DNA of 64,000 nucleotides from Hemiscyllium ocellatum (taxonomy: Eukaryota). Both the position numbers and the translations under genes were made by a program. The stretch is from assembly GCF_020745735.1 (NCBI RefSeq), contig NW_026867509.1:2270537-2334536 (forward strand). Direction: 5' to 3'. Position 1 is the stretch's first letter; each line of letters starts with the position of its first letter. The notes under the pieces were generated by a model, which was given only the letters and a program-made list of their open reading frames with translations, was not told the origin of the DNA and made no database searches. Shown here piece after piece: positions 23,266 to 37,329 of this stretch.

Positions 23266-26200
23266 TTCTTTGATCTCCAGCATCTGCAGTCCTCACCTTC
23301 TCACAGTTACTTATTGACCAAGTTTCTTCATTCCAAAGTAAGGGCTTATTTCAGATTCATCACACTCACCCCTCGCTTGTATCTGAACTATACCTGCTGT
23401 TATTCGGTGATCCCTCTCTTGCCTCACAAGGTTGACCCTCATCAGAGAATGTAGGTGGAGTCGAGGAGGAGATTACCTCCTGGTATTACTGATGGCCTGT
23501 TAATCCAGAGAGCCAGGTTAATTTCTGGGCGCACAGTTACGAATTCTGCTCTGATAGATGATAGAATCTGAATTTAATTTTAAAAAAGTCTATCTCATAA
23601 TGATTATGAAACTATTGTCGATTGTCTGAAAAACCCGTCCGGTTCACTGATGTCTTTTAGAGAAGGAAACTGCCATCCTTTCCTTGTCTGTCCTATTTTT
23701 GCCTCCAGACTCACAGCAATGTGTTTGACCTTTAACTGCCCACTTTTAGGGGTAGACAGTAAACGCTGCCTTACCAGCGACGTTCGCATGAACTGAATAA
23801 GAAAATACGACAAAACGTTGTTTCTTATTCATATATTAACGATCGAAAACGTGTTGATCCCGAGGATGGTTTTCATCGGGATCCACAAAACCCGACACTT
23901 CTCTTCATCGAACAATCTCAGTCTATTATTTCCTCGAAGGTCTGATTAACGAGAAGGAGCAGAATTACAGGGAAACTCTGGGATCATAGCGGAGCCAGTC
24001 CTGGTCAATTTGCTTTTTTCGATGGTGAAATCATATTACGATCTTTGGACCAACATTATCAGCGTGTATCTGGTGATTGTCGCCACAATATGAATGCAAC
24101 AACAATGCTATCCTTGCACATGTTCGAATCCTACCAGTAACTTTTCACATCAGCTATTTTCCAGTGAATTGTTTACGTAGTACAACAAAAATCGTCTACT
24201 TTGAAAAGTGATGAGCACTGAGTCTAAGAAATGCACTGGAGGCATGTGAGGATCATGCATGCAATCGCCAGATGCAGCAGGAAGCGCATTATCGATTGCA
24301 CTAGCGATCACCCCGCATATTAGTACTTAATCTGCCAGTTGTGCCCGTTTTTAACAGGGGCATGAGCTGGCATGATAAAATTCACAAGCTGAATAATCAG
24401 CAAAGTCAGTTATTAATATTCTTCAATTTCTATGGCTCAGATTGAAATGTGTTGAGATTTTAAGACAAAAACTGACCAGAGGAATTGACACATTTCCCAC
24501 TATTGACAGCTGCATAAGCAACAAGATATTGGGAATGAAGAGTTCGGGGACAATTCTGTTCTTCATATCTTGCCTTCTCTCTCTTGCATGCACAATCTTA
24601 TTATCTACCTCGCTTACACACAAGCTCGCTATTTTTCTCTCACATAGACATTTTCATTACCTCACTCCCTCGTGAATGCTCGATCGAATTTCGCTTTTCT
24701 ATCCAAAGGGATCAAGGGATATGGGAAGAGGGTGGGATTATTCTGTTGACCTCCCTGACCAACCAGAATTACATTGAAAAGAAGAACTGGCTCGAGGTGC
24801 TGAATGACGTATTCGCGTTGGTATTTTTTTATTACCCTATGTTTACATTCGAGATTGAAAAAAAGCACAATTCCTATCTACCAGTAACTTGATTGTGCAA
24901 TACTGATCTTAACAGCGCGCTGCATACAAGCTCATATTCTTATGCCAGTCTACTGGTTGGCTGCAATCAATGTTCCCAATCAAAATAGAGACAAATGATG
25001 TCCAGCTAAGTCTCTGATTATGTAGAAATCTCAGACTAGCATGAACTGTTTAAGCATACACTTTGCTCTCTGGCGGTGCTTCGGCTAGGTGGATACAATT
25101 AGCCATTGGAAATATAGCATTCGATGGGAAGGCAGTGGGTATGGCTGGAATGATCTTTGGAGGTTTGGTGTAGCCTCAATAAGCCAAATGGAGTGATCCT
25201 ATGATTGTTCAAGCTCATTTTCCCAATGTTCTTCATACTGTTGCAACTGACTACAGCGGGAAAAGACTTGATTAACAAAATGCTTGGGATGCCTCCTGTA
25301 CATTGGAACCATTTTCAGCTGTGTATCTCAGGTATCGGAATAAAGTGTGCTGTGGCTTCATTTGCAAACATAAATGGTTTAAGTTGTGAAGTGTTTCGAT
25401 TCGTTGAAATGTGCAAACAAAAGTAAACATGGATTTTCCCAAATTTTTATTTTCAGAATGTTACGATGATGTCATCAGAAGAATTATTTGCTGTGTTTTC
25501 TATTATAACCTGCACCAAAACAATAAAGCAAGGAATTGCGGATGCTCAAAATCTGTCTCTGTATGCATGTATTCCTCCCAATGTATCCATCTGCTGTTTT
25601 GGAGCTTCATACAGCTGTACTGTGCAGCATTTTGTTCTGGAGCGACAGACAGTTGAACAAATGTCTCCACAGGCAATTCATTCACTCCAGATCAAAGATT
25701 TCTATGGAATCTTCTCATCCTCACTGACTTCAGAGATGAGGCCCAGGCTGTTCTAACGCTGAAAATAATGTGTATAGCTGCTCAACCCTATACTCAGCGG
25801 TATTAAAAAAAATCAAAGTTGATCATGTAAACGTATATTAATCTGAACTGGAGATTCCGCCCTGAGTTTGTCCGTAAATTTCAGGAATATCAAGGTGGTC
25901 CATCTGTCTTCACATCATCCTCTGCACTGTTTCCAAATGCATTGAGCCTTTCGTATTCAAACGTCTAACAAAGGGATTACTTATGGGCTCCATTAAGTGA
26001 TAGATACGTTTAATTAGGTCAATCTGAGTTGTAATAAGATACAGTTAACATAATGCAATCCAGATTAATTCAATCGGTGAGTGTGACCCTTCGCTGAGCA
26101 GTTGAATTTCAATATAATCGAATCAGGGATGTACAGCTAGGAGTCTTCAGTCCAACCCGTCCATGACAATCAGATATTCTAAATTAATGTAGCTTCACTT

Positions 26201-26334
26201 GCCACCATTTGGCCCACATACCTCTCAACCCTTCCAATTCAAATATGCATTCAGATGACTTTTCATGTTGTAACTGCAACACCCGTGACAGCCAGCACGG
26301 ATTTGTGAGGGGTAGGTCTTATTGAATTCTTTGT

Positions 26335-27480
26335 GGAGGTGACCAAGTATGTGGATGTAGTGTACATGGATTTTAGTAAGGCATTTGATAAGGTTCCCCA
26401 TGGTAGGCTTATGTAGAAAGTCAGGAGGCATGGGATAGTGGGAAGTTTGGCCAGTTGGATAGAGAACTGGCTAATCGGTCGAAGTTACAGAGTGGTGGTA
26501 GATGGTAAATATTCAGCCTGGAGCCCAGTTACAAGTGGAGTTCCGAAGGGATCAGTTGTGGGTCCTCTGCTGTTTATTAATGACTTGGAAGAGGGAGTCG
26601 AAATGTGTCAGTAAATTTGAAGATGATACGAAGATTGGTGGAGTTGTGGATAATGAGGAAGGGCTCTTGTCGGCTGCAAAGGGAGTTAGAAATGATGCAG
26701 AGCTGGGCTGAGGAGTGGCAGATGGAGTTCAGCCCTGTCAAGTGTGAGGTTGTTCATTTTGGAAGGACAAATAGGAATGCGGAATATAGGGTTAACAGTA
26801 GGGTTCTTAGTAAGGTGGAGGAGCAGAGGGATCTTGGGATCTATGTTCACAGATCTTTTAAAGTTACCACTCAGGTTGATAGAGCTTGTAAGAAGACCTA
26901 TGGTGTATTTGCAGAGGGATTGAATTCAAGAATAGTGAGGTGATGTTGAAGCTGTATAGGATCCTGGGAAGGCCACATTTGGAGTATTGTGTGCAGTTCT
27001 GGTCGCCTCATTTCAGGAAAGATGTGGAAGCTTTGTAGAGGGTGCAGAGGAGAGTTACCAGGATGTTGGCTGGAATGGAGGATAGGTCGTACGAGGATAG
27101 GTTGAGAGTGATAGGCCTTTTCTTATTGGAACGGTGAAGGATGAGGTGTGATTTGATAGAGATTTATAAGATGATCAGGGGAATAGATGAAGGAGACAGT
27201 CAGAGACATTTTCCCCGGATACAACACTGTGTTACAAGGGAACATAAATTTAAGGTGAAGGGTGGAAGGTATAGGGGGATGTCAGGAGTAGGTTCTTTAC
27301 ACAGAGAGTGGTGGGAGCATGGACTGCGCTGCCTATGGGAGTGGCAGAGTCAGAATCATTGGTGACCTTTAAGCGGCAATTGGATAGGTACATGGATAGG
27401 TACTTAAGCTAGGACAGCTGTTCGGCACACTATCGTGGGCCGAAGGGCCTGTTCTGTGCTGAATTGTTCTATGTTCTATA
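26335..27480 (+). mobile_element. CR1/HER1 RT domain to 3' end
   Basis: VDVVYMDFSKAFDKVPHGRL..., [28 protein letters not shown], and a GTTCTAT tail. Confidence 0.92.
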
Positions 27481-27870
27481 CATCTCCCTCTGGCAGTTCA
27501 TTCCATGAATGCCCTACACTCTGCATGAGAACGGTGTCCCAATATCATTTTACATCTGCCGCACCCCGTCTTAACTGAAACATATGCGCTCTCGTTTTGT
27601 ACTCCCTTACCATGGGAAATAGACGATGACTAATCACCCGATCCATGCCCCTCATGACTTTTTTAAACTTCTGTAAGTTAACACCTCACCCTCTGACGTT
27701 CCGGGGAAAAAGCCTCAGCCTACTCAGCGTATCTTAACATCTGAAAAACGCCAAGCCTGGCCAAACCCTTATAAATCCTTTCTGAATCGTTTTAAGTTTC
27801 ACAATATCATTCCTACAGCAGGGAGACCAGACTTGAACGTATTATTCCAAAAGTTTGCCTAAACAATGTC
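27480..27870 (-). mobile_element. CR1 3' relic, opposite orientation
   Basis: Antisense of the CR1 C-terminal and 3'UTR motifs. Confidence 0.65.
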
Positions 27871-28894
27871 GTTAACAGCTGCGATGTGGTCTCCTACATC
27901 GGATATGCAATGCACTGATGACGAAAGGCAAGGGTACCAAACGTCTTCTTCACGATATTGTCTACATCTGAATCTAATTTCAAAGAACAATGAACCTGAA
28001 ATCTACAATCTCTTATTCAGAAAAGGTCCCCTGAACCTTACCAGTAAATGTGCAAACCTGCCCTGATTTTCACTTTTCAATTGTTGCACTTCACTTTTAT
28101 CTGATGTTAACTCCATCTGCTATTCCTTCAGCCATCAGCCCATCTGATCAACGTTCCATTGCATTTTGAATTAGCCTACATTGTTGTCTACTACACCACA
28201 AAAATTGATTTCACCTGCAATCTTACTAATCACATCTCTTTTATTCACATTCAAATCATATACACATAATGACAAAAAGTTGGTAGACCAGCACCGAGTC
28301 TTGTGGCACAACGATGGTCGCAGTCCTTCCATTCGAAAAGCAACCCTCGACACCACACTCTGACCAAACACCAGATCACATTGCAATAACGTGAGAAAGA
28401 AAAGCCAAAAAAAACAATATCAGCAACGGAATAACCTTCAAGATTATTTCGTCGCTGTAATTCCTAAAAATAGATAAAATTGCACTGATCATACAAATGA
28501 CGGGTATATATCTCTCCTGTTTACACGACTGTTAGATCAATGACCTCAGTTGTATGAGAAACTCGTTCAAGATTGGCATGACAACAGACAGTCTAGAAGA
28601 CTGAAAAGAAGTTATAAATGAAGGCACATCAGAGACACTTCCATGACAATTCGATAATATTTTGAAACCAGCCACAGCCAAGAGGAGACGCTGAGTTCGA
28701 AACTCAGTGAAGACTATGTATTGTCAGCCCGAGACTGGCAAGTTGTCATCCACCGGCAGGATCTAGATTGTAGTCAAATCATTAGATGCTGCGTCGATTG
28801 TCTGCTTTCAAATGAATGAAAAGGTGAAACATAGAGAGGAAGTTGGAGTCTTTTCTAATTTCGCTGTTTGCACTTCACTGAGGAATTCGAGATC

Positions 28895-29197
28895 CGAGTT
28901 AAAAAGGAAGGTCAACACCAGTATCTCAAACTTAAAATAAGGAAGAAAGTAATTGCCCATATAGTCGCAACTGAAAGAAATGTCACAAAGAATGAAGCTG
29001 TATTCAGCCACTGCCTGCCCGGCAATAAAATTCTGATAGTGCTAAAATCATGATGTCTGAAGCCCCCTCTGTCATTTTCTCGGCTTTGTACCCCTCCAGA
29101 CTTTATACCAATAATTGCAAAGGGAAATGCTCTTTTTTAGTTCCACATTCCCATTGACAGCACCGGGAAGAAATCGTTTGCACAGAAGACAGCTCCT
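28895..29197 (-). pseudogene. Very decayed Vdelta-like exon (candidate supporting V of cassette 2)
   Basis: ~300 nt, ~390 bp downstream of the J2 donor. Fragments GAVFCANDFFPVLSMGM, YWYK, FSCDYMGNYFLPYFKFE and DTGVD are collinear with the 44 kb and 57 kb V exons; shares CTTTGCAA with both and TTGGTATAAAG with the 44 kb copy. Confidence 0.4.
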
Positions 29198-29585
29198 TTA
29201 ACACGTTCCTGTGTTCACAGCAAAGTTCAACTCAACACGTGTGAGTGAGTGTTACAGCTTTGGTAACCTGAATCCATTTTACACAAATCAAATTGAATGA
29301 GAGTGAGAGACTGGGATTATGGTTGCATCATCTGATGACCCTTTTGAACAAGGATGTGTCAAATGAGGCCAACAACACCTATTCGCCCATGTCTTGGGTG
29401 TCACTCCCAGACTTCACACATGCAGATAATTCTGCTCTCAAATCTAAATTTGTAACAAACGTGTCTCTCAGAAATCTGTTGAATTTAGCTGGAATTGTAT
29501 TGAAGAAGTATAGATCACAAGAATGCAATAATAGTACGCTTTTTCCTAGACAGTTCTGAACACGGTCGGGTTTGGAGTTACTTGC

Positions 29586-29637
29586 CAGCTGTGACAGTCA
29601 CCTCCGTTGTGGATCCATCTACTGTTCCATTGTACAC
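29586..29637 (-). other. NAR-TCR-type J segment 2 (open frame, GC donor)
   Basis: VYNGTVDGSTTEVTVTA + G|GCAAGT; homologous to J1 (shared GTGACTGTCACAGCTG). Confidence 0.88.
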
Positions 29638-29676
29638 CACAATGACAATGTTCTCGGTCACACAAATGCAAGAACG
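29638..29676 (-). other. 23-RSS of J2
   Basis: Minus: CGTTCTTGC + 23 nt + CATTGTG. Confidence 0.85.
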
Positions 29677-29974
29677 AATGACACCTTAATGTCCTGGGCG
29701 AAAATCACCAGTTGGCTCTGCGTCAGTATTGAGGAGAGTTGAATCAGTGCTCTCGATTCCAAGTCTGATACAATGCATCAATTCAAGTTGTTCTTGAGGA
29801 AATTCTAAAATCTCAGAGAACGTGAACTGGAGATGAACTCTTCGCAGAAATTGAGAATAATGTCAAAGAAAGAGAACAGAAGTATGAAATTACAGTAAAA
29901 TCAAACCCGGATGCGAACTTCTCCGCATGCATTTGTGGGTACAGGCTAACAGAATATCTATTGCAATTGTGTAT

Positions 29975-30046
29975 GATGTTTGTTTAGGTCTCATCCACTG
30001 TGTGGCTCCACCCAGTAACACAATATTTCTACACAGCATCAAATCT
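29975..30046 (-). other. D segment 2 (coding 30003-30018) with 12/12 RSSs
   Basis: Plus: GATGTTTGT-12-CACTGTG, 16-nt core (minus TTACTGGGTGGAGCCA), then CACAATA-12-ATCAAATCT. Confidence 0.82.
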
Positions 30047-30398
30047 CCCGGTATTGGTCAGATGTGGACTTTTTGAGTAAAAAGCGACTTCAGGTGCGAG
30101 CTTCAGAATTGGATGCCATCAGGTATTCGTGAATCCTGAAAGGCATCAGTCATTCCGAACAGCGTTTCACTGACGATTATCCCATAAAACACATCACTAC
30201 TAGATCCCCTCAGCATTTAGAATTGTTAAAAACCATAACAACGACAAACCAGTTTTATGAGAACCAGGACAGCGGATTTGGTGGAAAGAGGGGGTGATAA
30301 GGGCTGCTCAGGGGTGATGGGTTTCGAATTTTCACATTCTTCTGTGATAATTTGCAGAGGCAGTTTGGAAATCGCGCCAGGCCAAGCCACATCACTTA

Positions 30399-30679
30399 CT
30401 GCTATAACTGTACAAGGATTTAAAATAAGAGGTGGCAGTATTTTTCACATTCTGAGCGTCTGGCGAAAATGCATTTTCTATTCTATTTGAAATCAAAACA
30501 AACCATCCTCCAGATAAGATTCGGCCCCGATCTGTTCCAGTCTGTTTATCTGACGAATTCGCCCTGCTGCAAAGGATATGCAAAGAAACCACCATAGAAA
30601 ATGTAGTCGATAGTGGGAGACTGACACTCTTCCTTGATGCATGCTGGTGGAGTCTGTACCACTGAATGACAGACACATC
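30399..30679 (-). pseudogene. VNAR-like (NAR-TCR) V exon 2, pseudogene
   Basis: Acceptor CCAG|G. GCVCHSVVQTPPACIKEECQSPTIDYIF...R*, frameshift, GRILSGGWFVLISNRIENAFS...VKNTATSYFKSLY. Canonical Cys residues mutated (Y, F); RSS degenerate. Confidence 0.82.
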
Positions 30680-30811
30680 CTGGAAATTAAAAAAAGGAGA
30701 TATTAGTCCGCAAAATGGAACTGAGCCAGAGACGATGTCTGTTTTTTTTCATGGATTCATGAAGCTTTGTACCAAATGGGCACAATATTAGATTGTTGGA
30801 TCTGTACTTTC

Positions 30812-30851
30812 CGGCTAAACAGGCAAACAGCGTAAGGACAAGGACTCACAT
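30812..30851 (-). pseudogene. Leader exon of NAR-TCR V2 (inactivated)
   Basis: ATG TGA VLVLTLFACLA + G|GAAAGT (mutated donor). Confidence 0.7.
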
Positions 30852-33800
30852 CGTGTTGCTGCCAGGTTCAGCAGATGCTTCATACAGCCTGGAAGCTGAA
30901 AAATCTTTCAGGAGACGGGAACTGAGAGCTGGACTGATAGACTGTAGAATGATCAAATTAACTTGCTAAGGCAAGTCCTTTGAATGGATGTGAAATCCTC
31001 TCATACATGACTCTGATCTGCAGGGAGTGGTGTTGGAGACTGTTCTGTGAGTAGAGTCTGCCTTCCTACGTGCACCCAGAGAGTTGAGCTGAGAAGATGG
31101 TCATGTGGTTTCATTGATGCTGTTCTTTGCGTTTAAAAAGTTGGGCCAGGACGTTGTTTTTTTTCTCATTCAGGAAACCCCCACTCACTACATTCCGTTA
31201 CTGACAGGGGGCCATCAGCATTTTCCTGAACTGCTTAACAGGATTATGATTTAATATTTACTCAGAACGAGCACTTCTCAGAGATAGTCAATGAGTTTCA
31301 GTCCAATCTCTCACAGCTGATAACACAGTCGATTGTCAATATCCTGGAACAAAATATGGAAACATCCTCATTTTAACCTGGGTTTCGTACAAACTTCCTG
31401 GTTTGAAAACTGTTTATTCTGTTGTTCAAAAAGATCAAGACTTATCTGAATTTTTCATATTCTCATCTACCCCTGATTAAAATGCATGTGTATTCTGAAA
31501 GCAAGGATTTTATCTAACATTACCGAAAAAAAATCATAGACCTGCTTACCGTGCCTTTTAGAAAACAGAATTTAAAAAAACCTCATAGTCCCTGTGACAA
31601 AAGACGTCACCTTTATCTCTATATAGAATGCTCAAACCCTAATCATCAACCCCTGGATTCGAGTTCAATAGTCTCCGAAAGGAGAGGACATCCTTTCCGT
31701 GTTTGTGCTGCCAAGACTCTCAAGGTCTTATGTGCGTCAGTCAAATGGGCTCTTTCTCTTCTCACCTCAAACAGACAAGTCTCCAGTATCCGTGCTGGCG
31801 TCACAAGTCAACCTGTCAATTCGAGACATTGGTTCAGCATAATTTCGGCGATCTGCTTTCAACATATTCACACACATCGTAAATAAAGAGTGCAGTACTG
31901 TGCATGCAAGGGAAAATATGTTCACAATCAGAAAAATAAAAATGTATACCTGAAACAGAACCTTCCTACTGTTGCAGCAGGTTCTGATCGGAATAGAATG
32001 GGAGAAACTGTTCCCGCACCGAAAATGTTAGAGAGCCTGAAGCCATAGGTTTGAAGGTGCGTGGGCCACAAGCCTTGAAGCAGCATGTGAGGCACCAGCC
32101 CCGACGTAGTTAGTGGGCCACGAGTCCCGGAGCTGCGTGTGGTCTGTCAGCACTGGAGCAGGTGAAGAGAGCAGCGCAGAGAATCAGTCCCACATCAGCA
32201 CCCCAGAAAGCAACCACGGGCCATCGCACAGGCAGTGAGTCATAGGTTGACACCAGTGCGGGGGAAGCAGTCCACGACTTACTCTGGAGCAATTGAATGC
32301 CTGTATGGAATGGACTGTAGATTAATGTGGGACGAGGATTGTTGCTGTTTCGTGGACTCTGACTTGGAACGTTCGTTCAGACCCACGTACTGGGACGCTA
32401 TGCTGAGCTGCGTTGATGTAATGGCTATCTGTATGTATAAACTTATTCTTCAGCTCGTTGTAATAATGCAAATACTTCTATTTCTTTGCTGTAGTCAAGA
32501 AGTGTACTGAAATACTTGTCCCCTAACATATCGTCATAAGAAGGCGGACATTGCAAAACTTTTTTACTGCACTCGTGGAATATTCACATTACAGTAGAAT
32601 GATATTCTAGTATTCAAGGAAACATGTTGTAAAAAAGACAACATGAGAATGAAATAAATTATTTTCCGCGCAATCAGCCACCCAGTTATGGGTGAACAAC
32701 CTAGAAGGTGCAGGAGACAGTCTTACTTGAGACATTCAGAAGGACAATGGACTCTTCTTGATTGAGCAAATGCACAGGTTATGTGTGGAAGTTTCATGAA
32801 TTTGACACTAAGTTGCTGATTTTCCTCATCTAGCAGATTAACATTCGTGAAATTGTGGTTCCATGAATTGCATGGTCAAAAATGAACATGTTCTACGAAA
32901 GTTGCTAATTATTTACCGCATGTCAGTACTAACGTACCATACTTCATGGTCTGTGACACCCTTCTGTATCTCAGTACTCTGTTACTCTCGGCAATTAGAT
33001 AACATACTTTTTTTTACTCTTCCTGCTGTATCTGACAATTTCAAATATTTAGGCACAATGCTCTATCTTCTAGATCGTTCTGCATTTGTTTAACATACCT
33101 ACATTCCTCTTGTCTATTGTTTTGATCGAATTCAATTCAGCTTCCTCCTCTTCTGTGTCAAATATGCCACATGTTCTTTACATTCGCCTGCTAATGACAA
33201 TTACCTCACTGGCCTGAATTTCAGTATCCCGGTCTGCTTTCTTCTGAAGGTGATGAATCTGATCCAAGATGTGCAAAATTCACACATACTCACACAAAAT
33301 CAAAACATTGCGTCACGTGTGACAATTTGGGACAATACGTCCAATTCTGCCAATCGGAGACAGAAGATTTGGATCTGACAGATTGAAATAAATGTACAAA
33401 CTGAATCTTTATTCATAGGTGGACTCTTTGAAAATGGGAAGTAAGCACACTCTTGTGTAAACAGTGATGGAGCATATTGATACTACTTCAAAAGGCTATT
33501 TTAGAATCTTCTGACAATCTTCACGTTATGCTTCCTCAGTCTCTCACCTAATAGCATCAGAACATTGCTAAAACTGTGCAAAGTTGGTTTTGCATTGGCA
33601 CAACATTTTAGGCAGTCAGTTAATTGCGGGGGGAATAAAAACTCACATTTCTTCTTGAAATACGTTTGGGTAATGGAGGAGCAGTTCTTATGGATCATTC
33701 ATCTCGGCCATAGGTTATGCTGAACACTTTTTGCAATATTTTGTTTGTGCTGATATCGTTAAGATCGTTAAGGTGGCTGATATCTTTGTGATTCGAACAT

Positions 33801-34754
33801 TTGTTGATCTTGTTTGACTCGTACAACTAAGTTGTCTTTTGCAAAAATAGTCACTGTTTCTAATGGCAAAATGCTGACATCACATTTACGCGTCATGTAA
33901 AGGTTAAGAGAAGACTGAAACGATCATATGGTGGAATAAAGTAGTAGGATCATGTTTCAATAATTTATTTCTGCCTCTCTATCAGTCACTTACAGCCTTT
34001 GTTTGAAGATTCCACACTCAATCGGAAAGAATCATATCAATTTTGCTCTAATCCAGTTTGGCTGTGGGTTTCACAAAATGCGATTATTAAGATATAATGT
34101 TGCATGAAATTTAATTCAATATCTTGTATCATTGTGAATGCATGTCACATGAGTATAGGAAAAGTTTAAATTTTGATCCGATTTCGACTTTTAAGACGAT
34201 TGTTTAAAATAAAGCAATGAAGCTCAAAGCCAAAAGGCTCTGTCTCAGCAACAATCCCTTCCTTTCCATTCTTTTGCAGAGAATATTTTATATTTGTAAT
34301 AAAATGTGAACAGTGTTCGTGGTCTCTTGCCTCAAGCATGTTTGTATTTGTTGTAATAAGTAAAATACACAAATTGAAAGCGAATGTTAAATTGTTACTA
34401 GATTAATGTTATTTTAAGTAGACGGCACCACAATGCTACTGACCAAAATATAGGATTTTAGGACATACTTATAAATAATATGCTGTTATGTTACACAAAT
34501 AGCTTCAATAATATTTATTCTCTTTACTTCTGACAATAAAGCCTCCAGCCTTGTGAAATCCCATGAAGGAAAAACATTGTAATCCTTTAAAACATAAATT
34601 TCATTCGAATAACAGCTGCATTAAGTTATTTTCTGAAATAAATTTAATTAGCTCAAAGCATGAAAACCACTAACGACCTCCCTAGAGCCTGCTATTATGC
34701 ATAACAATGAGTATTTCAGGGGATTGCACAGCGCATTCAGAGGTTCTGGTAACA

Positions 34755-34824
34755 ATGCACGGAATACCAGCAGGTGTGGGGTTTGCCATTTATTATCCTA
34801 TCCTCGGAGCTCTCGGTGTTCCAG
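34755..34824 (+). CDS. GPR139/GPR142-like GPCR, exon 1
   Basis: MHGIPAGVGFAIYYPILGALGVP + G|GTAAAG phase-1 donor; supplies the start of TM1. Confidence 0.8.
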
Positions 34825-37329
34825 GTAAAGTATTCTAGTTAGTTTGGAGGTGAGAGTATCATTCTTTGGTTCTATCAATGCTGCAAGTTTGCCTGAAGCA
34901 TGTCTGTAGGTTCCAATTTAATTTTTTATGTTTTTTTTTCCATTCCATTGCAAAACTTCCTTTTCTCAGCATCATTGACAAACATAACGATGTTAATTCG
35001 CCATTTGAGCATTTACCTTGTTTATTTTTATGGCTTATTTTTAGTATGCATGTTATAAATTCACTCCGTTAAACGTGGCATTTTTCATGATAATGAGGAA
35101 TGCACGTTGTCAAGGTGCTTTCTCCGCTTTAACTTGATGCTATGTTCTTGTGACGGTTATCACTCGATTGTTTGAACGGTGTAATGAATCCCACATTCTT
35201 GGAACATAAGACGAAATAAAGGCACTTCCGTTATTTTAACGGGCCGAGTCATTACGTGTGAACTATCACACTTTTATCGTAATTTAAATACAATCCAGGA
35301 TGTCACTGATAATGCTATTGTGAGCGAATTGCTGCATTATTATTATTGTATAAATATATTTTTAAAGTGGCATAGCAACTGTCCTTTGATGCACTGGCGC
35401 AGTGTTATTACAGTGTATATGAAGATTCCTTGTGTTCCTAATGCTATCATTAAAGGTGAAGGACCTTCTTGCTATTTCTGTAAAAAGGTAGAACAATTAT
35501 ATTGTTTTGAATGTTGTTCAGTTTGAAGGAATATCCTGTAGGTTGCAACACATATGCAGCTGTTACTTGTTGCCAATTTGACAACATATCTGTGGGCAAA
35601 TAACATTCATCGTGTAAATATGAATACATTTGTGTCATTCCCTCTGAAATGGTGGAATAATAAACATAAGTTTCTCATTGATAGAAAAGTTTCAAACTAA
35701 ATGACTAATTTTAGACGGTATGATGAATTAATTTATTGAAGCCACGCTATTAGGCGCCGAGATAGTGATGTGGATTGTTCCGTTTGGAGGAAGCTCGTTT
35801 TGCAATCGAGTTCTCCCGAACAGTTATTTCCATTCATTCAGACTGCTACAGAAGATACTACTTGATTATTAACTAAGGAGCTCAGAATGAGAATTGCATC
35901 GACTCAACAGTCACACTCAAAATTCAGAGTAACGTTTTTTTGATACTCACTTACAAAACTTGAGGATAACTTGAGCAAGTTGACCACCATATCTTTTTAA
36001 ACACCGAAACGTGTTACAATAAGTTTTTGCAAATAATCACTTTTATTATCAGTTGGCGAGAAACTGTGTCCTTGTTCGTTTCCAAATGTATGACTTTGAT
36101 TTTTAATATGCCAAGTGAATGGTTGTCACAACATCACACGGCATTCATTTCCTCATCTACTCAATGCTGCTGTGTTGATTTCTTTTTATTTTAAATCCCT
36201 TATTTCCTATTACGGTAAATTCTACCAGAATGCATTAACATTCCATGGGCCTGATGAACATATTAGAAAATTTCTTGGCAGAATGATTATTGATGGAGTA
36301 AGAAGTAAGTTCTAACTTAGGACCAGCATTAAACAATTGCCTCCAACACCGAGTGCTCCAAAATGGTCGGGTGATTTTGTTCGGAGTTGAAATAGTAACG
36401 GATGCTTCCCCCTTAATCAAATATAAAACGCCTTTCTCCCTCTCTTTCTCTTTCTTGTTCTCTGTCATTCTCTTTCTTTCTCTCATCCTTTTGCTTTCTG
36501 TATCAATTAATTATTTCGGTGAGTGCACTCCATGTTTCTAGTTTTATCAGTATCAGCTGGTTTCCTTTGTTGTGGCGGCATCTTAGTCATCGTTTTGACT
36601 GCAATGTTAGATTGGATACCATAACTGATCTGCCATTCAGTTCTCTATCAAGTAAATGCAAGCAATTTCCATTTTATCTGAATTTTTCCAACTATTGACA
36701 GTTTGGCTGAGTAAACATACATTTTTTTATATACTTTATGGTTTCCAGGCCTTCCATGGAAGTAGGTAGAAACGTAATGATGGCATGTTTTGATGAACAA
36801 CGTTAAAAACTAAAAAGCACGTATTTCCCAATTTAAAATGCACATGGTTTAATAAAGTAATACAATAATGCGTTGAGTTTTCTTGAATAAGTAAGCAGTA
36901 TAAGATGAACAATTTTCGAAACCTTTCGTTATTTCCCAGAATTCAATATTTTCATTGTGAATCTCTGAACATTTTCTGATTTTTGTCTGTTGACCATTCC
37001 AATGGCGAATGATTTTACAGTACTTTGTCTGATGCGACAAATGTTAATGTTCAGAAAAATATGATCCTTTTTCTCTTCAGTTTTCAGATTTCTCTTGGAT
37101 TATTTATCAAATTTTCAGCAAGAATACATTTCCACATTATTTGCCAATATGACCATTATAGTATCTTAATGTCTTTTACTTCTGGTTAGTGAAAATGATT
37201 GTGAGGTAGTTTACTCTCTGATCTGTGTTATTACATTAATTTGTAATCTTTTTCTGTTGACATATTTGTATTCAAATCGGGAATCATGTTCTCCCTACAG
37301 TTCAGAGAGTGGCCATTCAAAACATTAAC

